Source: an uncultured Candidatus Poseidoniales archaeon
GTDB lineage: Archaea > Thermoplasmatota > Poseidoniia > Poseidoniales > Thalassarchaeaceae
Reading direction: 5' to 3'
Assembly: GCA_902511005.1 (NCBI GenBank)
Contig: CABXDN010000001.1
Span: 106,593-170,592 of the forward strand
Length of the DNA stretch: 64,000 bases
In this document: positions 1 through 10,417 of the stretch, in pieces
Numbering within the stretch: position 1 is the first letter of the stretch
How the letters are laid out: the number at the start of each line of letters is the position of its first letter
The notes under the pieces: model-generated
The model's input: only the letters and a program-made list of their open reading frames with translations
Told to the model about the DNA's origin: nothing
Database searches by the model: none
Program-made: the position numbers and the translations under genes

Positions 1-302
1 TATGAAGTGTCTCCCAAGGCTAGAACTGAGAAATTGACTCCGGACATAGAGGGAGAGTCTTCTGCATTTGCTGAAATCCATAAATCCTCGGCGTTATCAG
101 GTTGTTCGCCTTCACCCCAAGTACTGCAACAAATCATAATTCTTTTTTGATTTGCTAAATCACTAACTGTGACCTCATCCATCCCCTTGACTATTGCCTC
201 TAAACCATACTTAGATGCGGCTTTTCCGACTTTTGAGGCAACATCTTCAGCATTACCAGATTGAGAACCAAACAAGACTAGAAGAGACCGACTACCAGAC
301 AT
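1..302 (-). CDS. Flavodoxin-like FMN-binding domain protein, N-terminal part only (CDS runs off the left edge)
   Basis: Not in the ORF track because the edge truncates it. The minus-strand ATG is at 302..300, with an in-frame TAG upstream at 341..339. My translation is MSGSRSLLVLFGSQSGNAEDVASKVGKAASKYGLEAIVKGMDEV..MICCSTWGEGEQPDNAEDLW..FSVLALGDTS. It fits the flavodoxin/CysJ/CPR FMN-domain pattern (GSQSGNAE loop, TxGxGExPDNA, LGDxS). Confidence 0.7.
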   Translation of the reverse strand, partial: MSGSRSLLVLFGSQSGNAEDVASKVGKAASKYGLEAIVKGMDEVTVSDLANQKRIMICCSTWGEGEQPDNAEDLWISANAEDSPSMSGVNFSVLALGDTS

Positions 303-401
303 AGACACACCATTACCCCTAAGGGTAATCCGTTCGAACTATCGGCGATTATTGAATGTAGCGTGTAGTAGTATTGAAATAACGGCTGTAGAGAATATAA
401 T

Positions 402-2012
402 TTACATTCCCATTCCGTCGAAATCAGCACCATCCATTGGGCTTGATGCTCGACTTGATATTACATCATCTATACGTAAAATCATCACTGCTGTTTCAGT
501 GGCAGATTGTATAGCCTGATCGACTACTCTACTAGGTTCGAAAACCTTTCCAGCGGCCATATCTGCAACTCCACCTTCATATACATTTACGCCATAATTA
601 GATTTCCCTTCTGAGTGCGCTTTACGAAGATCAATTATCGTATTAACAGGGTCTAAACCAGCATTCTCAGCTAAAGTCCTCGGAATCACCTCTAAAGCAC
701 CTGAAAATGCTTCAATAGCCATCTGTTCACGTCCACCTATACCTTCTGCATGAGACCTTAACTCTCTACTTATAGATGCGAGAACTGAACCACCACCTGT
801 TAACACCGAACCATCTTCATAAGCCACAGCTACAACACCAATTGCATCATCAAATGCACGGTTTATCTCATCAATAACATGTTCTGTACCGCCTCTTAAG
901 AGAACTGACACGCTCTTTGCGTCTTTACAACCAGTGATAAAAACCATATCTGATTCACCTATTTTCCTTTCATCAACTTTAGATGCAAAACCTAAATCAT
1001 CTGATGACAGGTCATCTACATTTGTGATTACTTTCGCTCCTGTTGCTTTAGATAGGGCTTCCATATCACTTTTCTTCGCCCTTCTAATTGCAAATAATCC
1101 TGCTTTCGACATGTAGTGCTGAGCTAAATCATCAATTCCTTTTTGGCAGATAACTACAGTTGCACCTGATGCTTGAATTTTTTCGACTAATGACTTAAGA
1201 TATGATTCTTCTTCATCTAAGAATTGAGATAACATATTTGGATCCGTGATCTGAATCTTAGCATCTACTTCTGTTTTCTTCACTTCTATAGCTGAGTTAA
1301 CAAGTGCTATTTTAGCATCATTAACAAACTTTGGCATGCCTGAGTGGACTCTTTCTTTATCTAAAATAATTCCATCAACCAATGTACTACTTCCTATTGA
1401 ACCGCCTTGCTTCTTTTCGACTTTAACATCATCAAGATCTACAACTATTTCTCCATCGACTTCTTGAGCCACAGAAAGTACAGCTCTTACGCAGATATCT
1501 GCAAGGAATTCTTTAACTGCTCCCGCACTTTTACCTGTTAATGCTGTTTTAGCAACTTCTGAAAGCATCTCTTCACTAGTTTCGATTGAATGAGTTTCAA
1601 TGAGTTCAGCGGCTCTTTGGGCAGCAAGACGGAAACCTTCACAAATAACTGTAGGATGAACATTTTGATCAATTAAGTCTTCACTTCTTTTCAAAAGTTC
1701 ACCTGCAATTACCACGGCACTCGTTGTACCATCGAAGCAATGCTGTTCTTGTGTTTTAGCAACTTCAATAATCATCTTAGCAGCAGGATTAGTAATATCC
1801 ATTTGCTTTAATATTGTAGCACCGTCATTTGTAATAACAACATCACCCATCCCATCAACTAGCATTTTATCCATTCCTTTCGGGCCAAGCGTAGAACGAA
1901 CAGAATCCGCTACTGCCTTAGCTGCTGCGATATTGTTACTCTGAGCTGAGCGCCCACTTGTCCTTTCAGTGCCTTCTTTTAGGATAAAAATTGGTTGTTG
2001 TCCATTGTACAT
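402..2012 (-). CDS. ths: Thermosome subunit (group II chaperonin)
   Basis: 536 aa. Motifs: [49 protein letters not shown], and a C-terminal GM-rich tail (DFDGMGM). AGGAGG (cctcct at 2023..2028 on the + strand) lies about 10 nt upstream of the ATG. Confidence 0.95.
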   Translation of the reverse strand: MYNGQQPIFILKEGTERTSGRSAQSNNIAAAKAVADSVRSTLGPKGMDKMLVDGMGDVVITNDGATILKQMDITNPAAKMIIEVAKTQEQHCFDGTTSAVVIAGELLKRSEDLIDQNVHPTVICEGFRLAAQRAAELIETHSIETSEEMLSEVAKTALTGKSAGAVKEFLADICVRAVLSVAQEVDGEIVVDLDDVKVEKKQGGSIGSSTLVDGIILDKERVHSGMPKFVNDAKIALVNSAIEVKKTEVDAKIQITDPNMLSQFLDEEESYLKSLVEKIQASGATVVICQKGIDDLAQHYMSKAGLFAIRRAKKSDMEALSKATGAKVITNVDDLSSDDLGFASKVDERKIGESDMVFITGCKDAKSVSVLLRGGTEHVIDEINRAFDDAIGVVAVAYEDGSVLTGGGSVLASISRELRSHAEGIGGREQMAIEAFSGALEVIPRTLAENAGLDPVNTIIDLRKAHSEGKSNYGVNVYEGGVADMAAGKVFEPSRVVDQAIQSATETAVMILRIDDVISSRASSPMDGADFDGMGM

Positions 2013-2101
2013 TGGAAATATGCCTCCTGTATTGGGATTTGGCCGACCTGAGGAGCCCTCATAAGCCCTCGCACCGTTAGTTAAATTCTAGATTGAATGA
2101 A

Positions 2102-5100
2102 TTATTCTTGATTCTGTTGATCAATCCATGCCTGACCATAGTGTTGCCATTGTTCAATAGACCATCCTTCTGGAAGCCCCTCTTCAGGAATAGGGGGTGC
2201 CCCCGATGGAAGTTCTATTTGTTCTACTACTCCAACTTCTTCCTCAAATTCCTCTTCTTTTTCTACTACCTCAAGCGGAAGAGGCGGAGGTGGTTGTTCG
2301 AACAATTCTTTAGAACCACCATACATAGAATTCGCTACTTTATCTGCAGAAGGTAATTCAGGAGCACCTGGTAAAGGATCAGAGTTGAAACTACTATTTT
2401 GAGTGTATTCATAATCGTCAAAAGAGGAAATTTCTTCTAATGGAGAAGAAGCACTGCGCATAATTCTGATTGTTGCAACTAGAACTGCTATCAGCAATAT
2501 TAAGCCAACTAAAATAAACAATATGTTACCTGCTAAACCTGCTATTGCACCAGTATCAGGACCTTCTTCTATTGGGTCTAATTTGAACATATTTATACTC
2601 GCACTTTTCGATACTTTGTCTATGTCTCCATCTACTTCTAGGTACAACTGGAAATTCATAATATTTTCATCAAGGTTCCTCAGATTATCTTCAGTTACAG
2701 TCAGATAGACAGTTATTTGCCTAGTCGCCTGAGCTTCTAACACGAAGTTCTGGTCACTAGTTTCTACCCTTGCATCTATGATGTTGAAGAAAATATTAGA
2801 ATCCCTCTCAATATCTGCCCTAAGTAACTGGGCATCAGTAGGATGTTCATTCTTTACAGTAAATATTACTTCTATATCTTTTCCTTTCTCATTAATATCT
2901 AAAACCGCGGGTGGATTCAGTGTAATCCATCCTTGAGCGCCTACCTGGAATACCGCATCACCAGTTCCGGAAACAACTGAACCTAGATTCTGTGAGAGAA
3001 CACTTGTGGCAGACATAGAAATGGTTCTATCGCCGAAAGTTGTGGCTGCGAATGAGTAACGCACAGTCAAGTTGTAAGAGTCACCAGGAAGGATGTAAGG
3101 GGTCTTGCCAGAATTTAATCCGACTGCTGAAGCAGAAACATCGGTGAAATGGTCAAAAGAAATTTCAAACGAGTCAGGAACATTTCCTCGGTTCCAAATT
3201 CTCCAATTTACTGTGCGTGGATCGTCACCGCCCCGGAAAACTTCTTCCAACATGTCTAGATCTTCAACTTCAACTAAATTAGTTTGAGGAACTGTAAGTA
3301 ATATCTGAGCTGATTTTTGATATTGCGAATTGGTCTTACTAGTTGCTGTAATTATGACAGAATATGTCTCATTAACTATACCATAGGGCATAGGAAGTAA
3401 CATGGTTACGGTGCTATCTCCTCCGAAAGGATCAATCTCAAATGTTTGCTCAGTATTCATTTCTATTCCTAATTTCCAGTCTGATTGAATACTTAGGTCA
3501 AAAGATTCAGGAGAATTTCCATCATTGATTAATCTTATTTCTATTAATCTCAATGAATCATCAGCAGGTGCTACTAAATTAGAAATTTCAGGTTCTATTG
3601 TCAAATCCGAGAAAATAGGCACCACTATGTTTACTTGCCATTCGGCTAAATATTGAGCAGGAGACATACCAGAAGCCAATAAAGTCACAGGATATGTACC
3701 TGGAGGGACTTGTGGAGGAGCAGTAATTATTGCATCTATAACTATGTCATCAGTTAGTTCCAACTCAAGACTAGACACCTCATTACCATCGTACATCCAT
3801 TTAATTTCCGCATTATCTACCCAGTCGATATTAGGGAAAGATGCACCAAAATTCCATGTTGCAACTTGATTACCAGTATTTTTCAGAGTCATAGGGATCA
3901 CTCCACTTGCACCAGGCTCTAATGTAGCAGCAGGATTTTGTAATGTTGCCTGCTTTAATTTACAAGAATATGCAGGCATAACTGAAACTGGAAGACGAAC
4001 AAATTCTTTGGATAAATTAGTGACTCCGTCATTTACCCAAACATCCCAGAATAAGTCCTGAACACCCGATGCATCAGGTATTGTGAGATTAAACCAAGTA
4101 TCCATATATTCAAGAGCAGGGATTACCTTACTTATTACATAATTATCATGATCAACTTGGTTATTTGAGTCTATACGCAAGGGGAAATCATACATCCATG
4201 ACCTATTTGTCACTTCAGTATACAATCTTAAAGTAATATCAATATACCCATTATTCTTAATTCTACAATATAGCGAAGGCGGATTAGGGTCAGAAGGAAC
4301 TACAAGATATGAATTTGGAAGAGGATCATTACAATCAAAATCTAAAGTATATTCAGGAACTTTTTCTACAGCAAATAATAGGAATGAATCGATTTGAATA
4401 CCCGGACTAGAAAAAGAACTGTTGGAATCGAATCGAAATGCCAAAGTATATTCAGCAGACTCATGGATTTCAGACATATTCCATACTAATTGGCTCCAAT
4501 CTCCAGTTGTTGAAAGTTGCTGAGATGAAAAATTGAAAAATTCACCTTGGCCTCCAGATTCTGCTTCTAATCTAACTTGATCTCCAGCTCCCATCTCTCC
4601 CCAAGCATTAGTGACTAACTGTAGTGTCAAGAAATCAAAACCTTTAAGCCGGATTTTACAAAAGTTATTTCCGTAATTAGAACTGACTGCGGAATCAAGA
4701 CCGCCATTACCTAAACCGTGACCAGGTTCGTTACAATTATCGAAAGGCGTGAACCAACCCCACCATAATTTATCATGCCTGTTACTAGCATAGTTAGCAC
4801 CTGGGCGGGAAACTCTCCAATGGTTTTCACCTTCTGCACTCAATGAATCATCCATTCTCCAATGCCCATAACTATCGGGATCATTAGACAATTGCCCCGC
4901 TGAGTCATAACCTGCACCCACCCATGTAGGGACATTTGCTTGAAGTTGATTTGTACAATCAATGATGCTGTCGCCATCTACGTCACCGCAGAATCCATTC
5001 TCCATTGGGTCATTCCACATTGCAACAGGAACATACCTATCTAGTTCATTATTAGATTCGGTATCATCAGCAAGTCCACCATCCACAATTCCTCTAAGTA

Positions 5101-5566
5101 TTATCCCTCCAACTAGGTAACCATTCTCATCTAATGCACTATGAGCAGAACTAGGAGTCCAAACAAAACTAGCTTTTAACGACTGAAAACCAGACAATAG
5201 CATACTGACATTGTATTCAGCAATAATGAATCCAATAGGATGCCAAATTTGCAGATACCCCTCTGCTGAAGCCGGCTGACCGGATGAACCTGCTTGAGTA
5301 TAAGTAACATTGATCTGGATTGTCTCATCTCTCATCACATATTCGACTATTGAACCATCAGGCTGAGTCCATTCACTCGCATCTCTAGTTTGGTTACCTA
5401 TCTCGATAGAGGTTATTTCAAAATCTATTAATGATTTAGGGCCGATGGCACTTTCGACACTACTTTCATCTAAATTTGAATTCATAGCCAGAGGAGATAA
5501 ACTCATTAGAAGCATAATTGATAACACAAAGATTGGAGATAGCATACGCATGATTAACAAATTCAT
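2102..5566 (-). CDS. Large cell-surface glycoprotein candidate (signal peptide, about 1000-aa ectodomain, C-terminal TM anchor, acidic/Pro-rich cytoplasmic tail); possible S-layer or adhesin protein
   Basis: The ORF runs to 5626, but its first codon there is TTG. I prefer the ATG at 5566 (MNLLIMRMLSPIFVLSIMLLMSLSPLA, signal-like), which is preceded by TAGGT. At least 11 N-x-S/T sequons are seen by eye. The TM helix ILFILVGLILLIAVLVATIRIM lies near the C-terminus. No family was recognised. Confidence 0.6.
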   Translation of the reverse strand: MNLLIMRMLSPIFVLSIMLLMSLSPLAMNSNLDESSVESAIGPKSLIDFEITSIEIGNQTRDASEWTQPDGSIVEYVMRDETIQINVTYTQAGSSGQPASAEGYLQIWHPIGFIIAEYNVSMLLSGFQSLKASFVWTPSSAHSALDENGYLVGGIILRGIVDGGLADDTESNNELDRYVPVAMWNDPMENGFCGDVDGDSIIDCTNQLQANVPTWVGAGYDSAGQLSNDPDSYGHWRMDDSLSAEGENHWRVSRPGANYASNRHDKLWWGWFTPFDNCNEPGHGLGNGGLDSAVSSNYGNNFCKIRLKGFDFLTLQLVTNAWGEMGAGDQVRLEAESGGQGEFFNFSSQQLSTTGDWSQLVWNMSEIHESAEYTLAFRFDSNSSFSSPGIQIDSFLLFAVEKVPEYTLDFDCNDPLPNSYLVVPSDPNPPSLYCRIKNNGYIDITLRLYTEVTNRSWMYDFPLRIDSNNQVDHDNYVISKVIPALEYMDTWFNLTIPDASGVQDLFWDVWVNDGVTNLSKEFVRLPVSVMPAYSCKLKQATLQNPAATLEPGASGVIPMTLKNTGNQVATWNFGASFPNIDWVDNAEIKWMYDGNEVSSLELELTDDIVIDAIITAPPQVPPGTYPVTLLASGMSPAQYLAEWQVNIVVPIFSDLTIEPEISNLVAPADDSLRLIEIRLINDGNSPESFDLSIQSDWKLGIEMNTEQTFEIDPFGGDSTVTMLLPMPYGIVNETYSVIITATSKTNSQYQKSAQILLTVPQTNLVEVEDLDMLEEVFRGGDDPRTVNWRIWNRGNVPDSFEISFDHFTDVSASAVGLNSGKTPYILPGDSYNLTVRYSFAATTFGDRTISMSATSVLSQNLGSVVSGTGDAVFQVGAQGWITLNPPAVLDINEKGKDIEVIFTVKNEHPTDAQLLRADIERDSNIFFNIIDARVETSDQNFVLEAQATRQITVYLTVTEDNLRNLDENIMNFQLYLEVDGDIDKVSKSASINMFKLDPIEEGPDTGAIAGLAGNILFILVGLILLIAVLVATIRIMRSASSPLEEISSFDDYEYTQNSSFNSDPLPGAPELPSADKVANSMYGGSKELFEQPPPPLPLEVVEKEEEFEEEVGVVEQIELPSGAPPIPEEGLPEGWSIEQWQHYGQAWIDQQNQE

Positions 5567-5695
5567 TCGGTACCTAATTCGTGTAAGAATGTTGGGGGTA
5601 AACGTGTCTAGAAAGAATTCCATCAATAATCCAATTGGAATCGAAAAATATATCGAAAAAACAACACATAATGATTGTGTTGTAATGAAGAACTT

Positions 5696-6811
5696 ATGCC
5701 CTTATGGTCTTGCGTAGGTAATATGGAGGGTAAAGCCAGTCTTTCACATAGACTCGGTTTAGGATTGATACTATTCATTCAGATAACTATAATCCCTGTA
5801 ATTGGATTCTCATTGACACACTTGATTCACTTCAATGAAGAAACCTATGCATTAACACCCCAATTAGAGTTAGTCCATTGGATAATTGTTTCTGGCCTTA
5901 CTTATGGAGTTGTTTGCTTACTTCTAGCCTTGGTAATAGGAGGTTATCGGCCTACTGCAATAGTCGAGCGAGGAGGATGGCTCCCCTCATTAGGGCTAAG
6001 TAGAAGAAAGTATGATCCAGAACTAATAGATAGAGCGAAAATGGCATCTTACTCGAGCCCTTATGGAAAAATGAGCCGTTTAGTTTCGGATAGAATTAGA
6101 AGCGATAAAAACGAATTGCTGGCAATTCATGGAGGCCTTCAGTTAATTGCTGTCCCATCACAAGTTCTTTTAATTTCAATCCCGATAATGATTATGGAAG
6201 GTATCCCTGAGAGCTTTATTAGAAAAGAAAGTGCGTTCGAATTAGGAATCATTGGGTATATTCTAGGATTATGGATTGCGTTCAGAATACAACCATTCGT
6301 CGCCCAACAATTAATAGGATTCGCAGCAAGATTTAGAAATATATTATGGAGAATTACAAAAATATCTTGGATTCTCCCTATAATCATATTATGGAGCATG
6401 GCAAGATTTACTCTCGACTTTTCAGTTGATGCATTAGGAGTTCAACTTACACAATGGCATAATGTACAATTAGAGGGTTTATTCTTAAGCTGGGTTTCCC
6501 CAAATGCAAATGTACCTAAAGGATCTTCGATTGATTCTGTTGTAGCCCTTTCAGTTTTACCAATGGCTGCTTTTACTACAATAAGCGTACTTGGAGGCTC
6601 TAATGGAATTCCTTCTTGGATGAAAAGTAAAGAAGATGAATTGGAAAATCTTTCGCAACAAAGTCTCCCAGAACCTAAAGAAATAGTAGATGAAAAAGAA
6701 AAAATAAGTGGAGATATCTTAATACCAGAAAATGAAATTAAAGCGGATTCACAACATGAGGATTATGAAGAAGAAAGAATGATTGATATTCCTGATTTAT
6801 TCAGATGGTAA
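5696..6811 (+). CDS. Hypothetical multi-pass membrane protein with acidic C-terminal tail
   Basis: Long ORF with several hydrophobic helices. The track start at 5675 is TTG; ATG candidates are at 5696 and 5723. No family was recognised. Confidence 0.5.
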   Translation: MPLWSCVGNMEGKASLSHRLGLGLILFIQITIIPVIGFSLTHLIHFNEETYALTPQLELVHWIIVSGLTYGVVCLLLALVIGGYRPTAIVERGGWLPSLGLSRRKYDPELIDRAKMASYSSPYGKMSRLVSDRIRSDKNELLAIHGGLQLIAVPSQVLLISIPIMIMEGIPESFIRKESAFELGIIGYILGLWIAFRIQPFVAQQLIGFAARFRNILWRITKISWILPIIILWSMARFTLDFSVDALGVQLTQWHNVQLEGLFLSWVSPNANVPKGSSIDSVVALSVLPMAAFTTISVLGGSNGIPSWMKSKEDELENLSQQSLPEPKEIVDEKEKISGDILIPENEIKADSQHEDYEEERMIDIPDLFRW

Positions 6812-7024
6812 AGTAATAGGTAGTATTCTTTCAACAAATATATTCAGTAAAATCCATCCATTGCAAAGACATAATGCAAAAGCAATAGCATTAGGACCTA
6901 ATAGGTAAAGGTAAGTTGAAGAAAATACAAAAATAATAGCTACTGGAATCACTAAATCTTTCAAAAAGTACCATGATACTAACAGAGTTACTATACCAGA
7001 GAAATATGAAACTAACAAACTCAT
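6797..7024 (-). CDS. Small hypothetical membrane protein (75 aa, 2-3 TM)
   Basis: ATG start at 7024 and an entirely hydrophobic sequence. It overlaps the 3' end of the convergent gene by 15 nt. Confidence 0.35.
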   Translation of the reverse strand: MSLLVSYFSGIVTLLVSWYFLKDLVIPVAIIFVFSSTYLYLLGPNAIAFALCLCNGWILLNIFVERILPITLPSE

Positions 7025-7032
7025 CTTATCGC

Positions 7033-8175
7033 CTAAACTAGTTTCGAAAGCACTTCTTCAACTCTATCCATACCTCTAGAGATATCTTCTCTACAAATTG
7101 TGTAAGCAAATCGAAGATGCCCCTCTCCGGCTGCACCAAAGGCAGTTCCTGGTGAACATAATACACCACCTTCTAGCATTTTCATTGCTAATTCTTCACT
7201 CGTATAACCAGGGATTTCGAACTTAGGAAATACATAAAATGCACCAGTAGGAACATTACAGGATACTCTAGGCATAGCATTAAGACGATTACAAATTAAA
7301 TCTCTTCGGGCCTTAAATTCAGCACACATCTCACTAGGGTAATCACTAGCTTTTTCCATTGCCTCAAGTACTGCATACTGCATTGCATCATTGCTACATG
7401 CAGTAACATAATATTGCATTTTTGTCAATTGGGCCATCGCATCAAGATCGGGTGACAATAAGTACCCGATTCTCCAACCTGTCATAGCAAATGTTTTCGA
7501 GAATGAATTTATCATTATCACTTTATCATACCCTGCTCCAAGGAAAGAAACATGTTCTGAATCATAAACAATCTTATCATATACCTCGTCAGTAATTAAC
7601 CAAATATTATTTTCTTTAGCAAATCGAACGAGAGCATCCCTTTGTTCCTCATTGACATTACCCCCAGTAGGATTACTAGGGAAGTTATACAAAACTGCAA
7701 TCGTGTTCTCATTAATCCTCGCTTCAAGATCTTCTACAAGAGGCACGAAACCATTCTCGAAATGGCAGGGGTACATATTTGCCTCGCCACCACATAATAC
7801 TGGATGAGTGGGGTATAAGGGAAAGTAAGGTTCAGGAATTAATACATTATCTCCTGGATTAACTAGTGCAAGAAAAATATCTAACAGGGCATTTGTTCCA
7901 CTCATGGTTATACAAACATTGGATTCATCAAGATTCGATTCCCTATGATGCCATGTTTCTGCAATCTTTTTTCTCAAATCTGGGAGTCCTGCTGTAGTAG
8001 TATACTTATTCCTACCTTCTTCCATTGCCCTAGAAAATGCCTTGATTGCTACATTTGGAGGTTGAAAGTCAGGTTCACCCAATCCGAATTGAATCGCATC
8101 ATCACCTGCAAGGTCAAACATACGTCTAACCCCTGTCGGACGAATGCTATTTGCTCTATCAGAGAAGCGCACCAC
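7033..8175 (-). CDS. Class I/II PLP-dependent aminotransferase (aspartate aminotransferase-like)
   Basis: Motifs: GLGEPDF, NPGDNVLIPEPYFPLY, YNFPSNPTG, and SFSKTFAMTGWRIGY (PLP lysine). The track start at 8235 is TTG and overlaps the subtilase gene. GTG at 8175 (..VRFSDRANSIRP) keeps the conserved N-terminus, but the start is uncertain. Confidence 0.85.
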   Translation of the reverse strand: MVRFSDRANSIRPTGVRRMFDLAGDDAIQFGLGEPDFQPPNVAIKAFSRAMEEGRNKYTTTAGLPDLRKKIAETWHHRESNLDESNVCITMSGTNALLDIFLALVNPGDNVLIPEPYFPLYPTHPVLCGGEANMYPCHFENGFVPLVEDLEARINENTIAVLYNFPSNPTGGNVNEEQRDALVRFAKENNIWLITDEVYDKIVYDSEHVSFLGAGYDKVIMINSFSKTFAMTGWRIGYLLSPDLDAMAQLTKMQYYVTACSNDAMQYAVLEAMEKASDYPSEMCAEFKARRDLICNRLNAMPRVSCNVPTGAFYVFPKFEIPGYTSEELAMKMLEGGVLCSPGTAFGAAGEGHLRFAYTICREDISRGMDRVEEVLSKLV

Positions 8176-8227
8176 GACCTGCGGACATCTACACGATGAT
8201 ATGAAAGGGATGTATCGAGAACTTCCA

Positions 8228-10333
8228 TTAATCAACTATTTCTGCATCAATAATATCATCATTATTAGGACGTCTGAATCGGTTAATAAGAGATGAGATT
8301 TGACTATCGCTTTGGTATCTCAGAAGTATAAGAACAGATAACCAAACTAAAGCTACAACTGCAACTAAAATATATACAAAAGAAGGAATAGAATAAGATG
8401 ATGATTCATCTCCCTCTCCCTCAATCTGGGCTGTAACAGGGAGCGATTGACCAGTAGATGAAAAAGCCGTTACTTCTAATGTATGATTTCCTTCAGACAA
8501 TTTATTTGAATCAATATTTATGTACCATTCAAAAGGAGTCAGTGCTGATACTTCAGTAATTGATGAATTGAAATTAGTATCATACCAAGATCCACCATCT
8601 ATTCTAAATTGAACCGATTCTACAGAACCAGATTGACTCCATGAATGGCCAGTTAATTGTATTGTATTATTATCATTTCTTGACAATAAGTGATTCTGAA
8701 TTGAAGGATCGATTAATTCTGTAATACCATTCTCTTTCAAATACATCGCAAGTTTTGTCGCTGAATAAGCATCAATCATACCATATCCAAAGTCCCTGTT
8801 CCAATATGGGTCAACATCAGGAGCACTAGGTTCACCGCGCCTCTCCGATGTTTGCTTCAAAACTTCTTTCAGTTGCATGGTAGTTAAATTTTCATTTGCT
8901 TCCCAAACTAGAGCCATTACTCCAGAAACAGAAGGAGTAGCATATGAAGTTCCTGAACCTCGACTGGTATATGTATTACTTGATGCATCATCAATTAGAT
9001 TTGAACAGCTGCCACTTGTAACACAACCTTCTGCCTGAATAATATTAGATCCAGGTGCACTGATTTCAGGCTTTAACTCATTAAGAGGATTGCCATCGCC
9101 ATTATCTTTCCTTGGCCCTCTGGATGAATATCCCGCTACTGTATCATCTTCTCTATTGACTGTATTTTGGTCATCTGTTGCACCTACTGTCACCGATAAA
9201 TCAGATGAACCCATCCCTGAAAGACCGTCATTATCTGGCCCATCATTACCTGCTGCGACTGAAACGATTATCCCTGCCTCCATTGCTTCATCTAAAATTC
9301 TACTATGCATATCTGAGCCATCAGAACCACCACTTTCATGACTAGTGATTCCCCATGATAAAGAGATAATATCAATCCCATAATATTCTTCGGAAACTCC
9401 TGGCCAAGCATCATCATGATGATCAATTACCCATTGTAAACCGTTCATAGCAGACTCATAAAATTCTTGTTCTAGTAAATAATTTTCAAATGGACCCGCA
9501 CCCACATCAGTACCAATCCTAATGTCAACGAGAGTTGCATTGGGGGCCGAACCGTAGAAATTAGATTGAGAACCGTCTGCTTCAATCCCAGTGGCACTTG
9601 CCATGCCCATACATGCGGTGCCATGCTGATTCCCATCATCTGGATCAAAGGAGCCATCATCCTCTCTAAGAGGATTGGAGAGAAGGCAAGTTGGGTCGGT
9701 GTGAACATAACAAACCGCATCATAACCTGCAACGAATTTATCACTCAAACCTGGATGTTCATTATCTACTCCAGTATCTACAAGAGCGATATTCATACCT
9801 TGACCGCTTACTCCAAGGTTCCATGCTCCCACAGGATAATCAGAAGAGTTTCGAGCCTTGACTGCCGGTGTTTGGATATCTCCATAGAATACTACTGAAC
9901 CATAACGTTCAACCATAACTACTCCATCAAGTTGAGAAATAAGCTCTATTTGATTACTGTCGATACCACCTATCAAGAGAGCATTAACGATAGGGAGTTC
10001 TAGATTTACATTAATCCCTAATTTAGAAAGTTTCTGAATATCTAAATCAGTAACATCTCTAGAATAAGAAATACCTAGGTTGACAATTCCAGTTTCAGAC
10101 TGCAGTGAGTCATGTATTCCATTCCTATCAGAATCCATAGAAGTGACTTCCCACCAAAGAGTTGATTCATTCCAAGAAATAGGCTGCTGATAGGGAACAT
10201 TACTTGATTGTCCAAAAAGAGAAAATTGTAAGTTCTCAGATTTATCTAAGTCAGGATCTCCCTGTGCGAGACTTCCAGTTAATGGAGCTGTCAATAAGAA
10301 CACAGCAAAAATTGCAACTACTCGGCGATTCAT
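8228..10333 (-). CDS. Secreted, membrane-anchored subtilisin-like serine protease (peptidase S8)
   Basis: Signal peptide MNRRVVAIFAVFLLTAPLTGSLAQG. Catalytic triad motifs ALVDTGVD, HGTACMG and GTSYATPSVSG. C-terminal TM helix FVYILVAVVALVWLSVLILL. Confidence 0.9.
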   Translation of the reverse strand: MNRRVVAIFAVFLLTAPLTGSLAQGDPDLDKSENLQFSLFGQSSNVPYQQPISWNESTLWWEVTSMDSDRNGIHDSLQSETGIVNLGISYSRDVTDLDIQKLSKLGINVNLELPIVNALLIGGIDSNQIELISQLDGVVMVERYGSVVFYGDIQTPAVKARNSSDYPVGAWNLGVSGQGMNIALVDTGVDNEHPGLSDKFVAGYDAVCYVHTDPTCLLSNPLREDDGSFDPDDGNQHGTACMGMASATGIEADGSQSNFYGSAPNATLVDIRIGTDVGAGPFENYLLEQEFYESAMNGLQWVIDHHDDAWPGVSEEYYGIDIISLSWGITSHESGGSDGSDMHSRILDEAMEAGIIVSVAAGNDGPDNDGLSGMGSSDLSVTVGATDDQNTVNREDDTVAGYSSRGPRKDNGDGNPLNELKPEISAPGSNIIQAEGCVTSGSCSNLIDDASSNTYTSRGSGTSYATPSVSGVMALVWEANENLTTMQLKEVLKQTSERRGEPSAPDVDPYWNRDFGYGMIDAYSATKLAMYLKENGITELIDPSIQNHLLSRNDNNTIQLTGHSWSQSGSVESVQFRIDGGSWYDTNFNSSITEVSALTPFEWYINIDSNKLSEGNHTLEVTAFSSTGQSLPVTAQIEGEGDESSSYSIPSFVYILVAVVALVWLSVLILLRYQSDSQISSLINRFRRPNNDDIIDAEIVD

Positions 10334-10417
10334 TATACACTGGCAAATGTATGTTCTCCTTCAACCCTACCCCTATTAGTATGAAAAATAAGAAAACTAT
10401 TACGTGTTTAAAAAATA

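Noticed and set aside
312-329. Hairpin ATTACCC-CTAA-GGGTAAT downstream of the thermosome gene
   Set aside because: No following U-tract, and it lies only 10 nt from the next start codon. Too weak to call a terminator.
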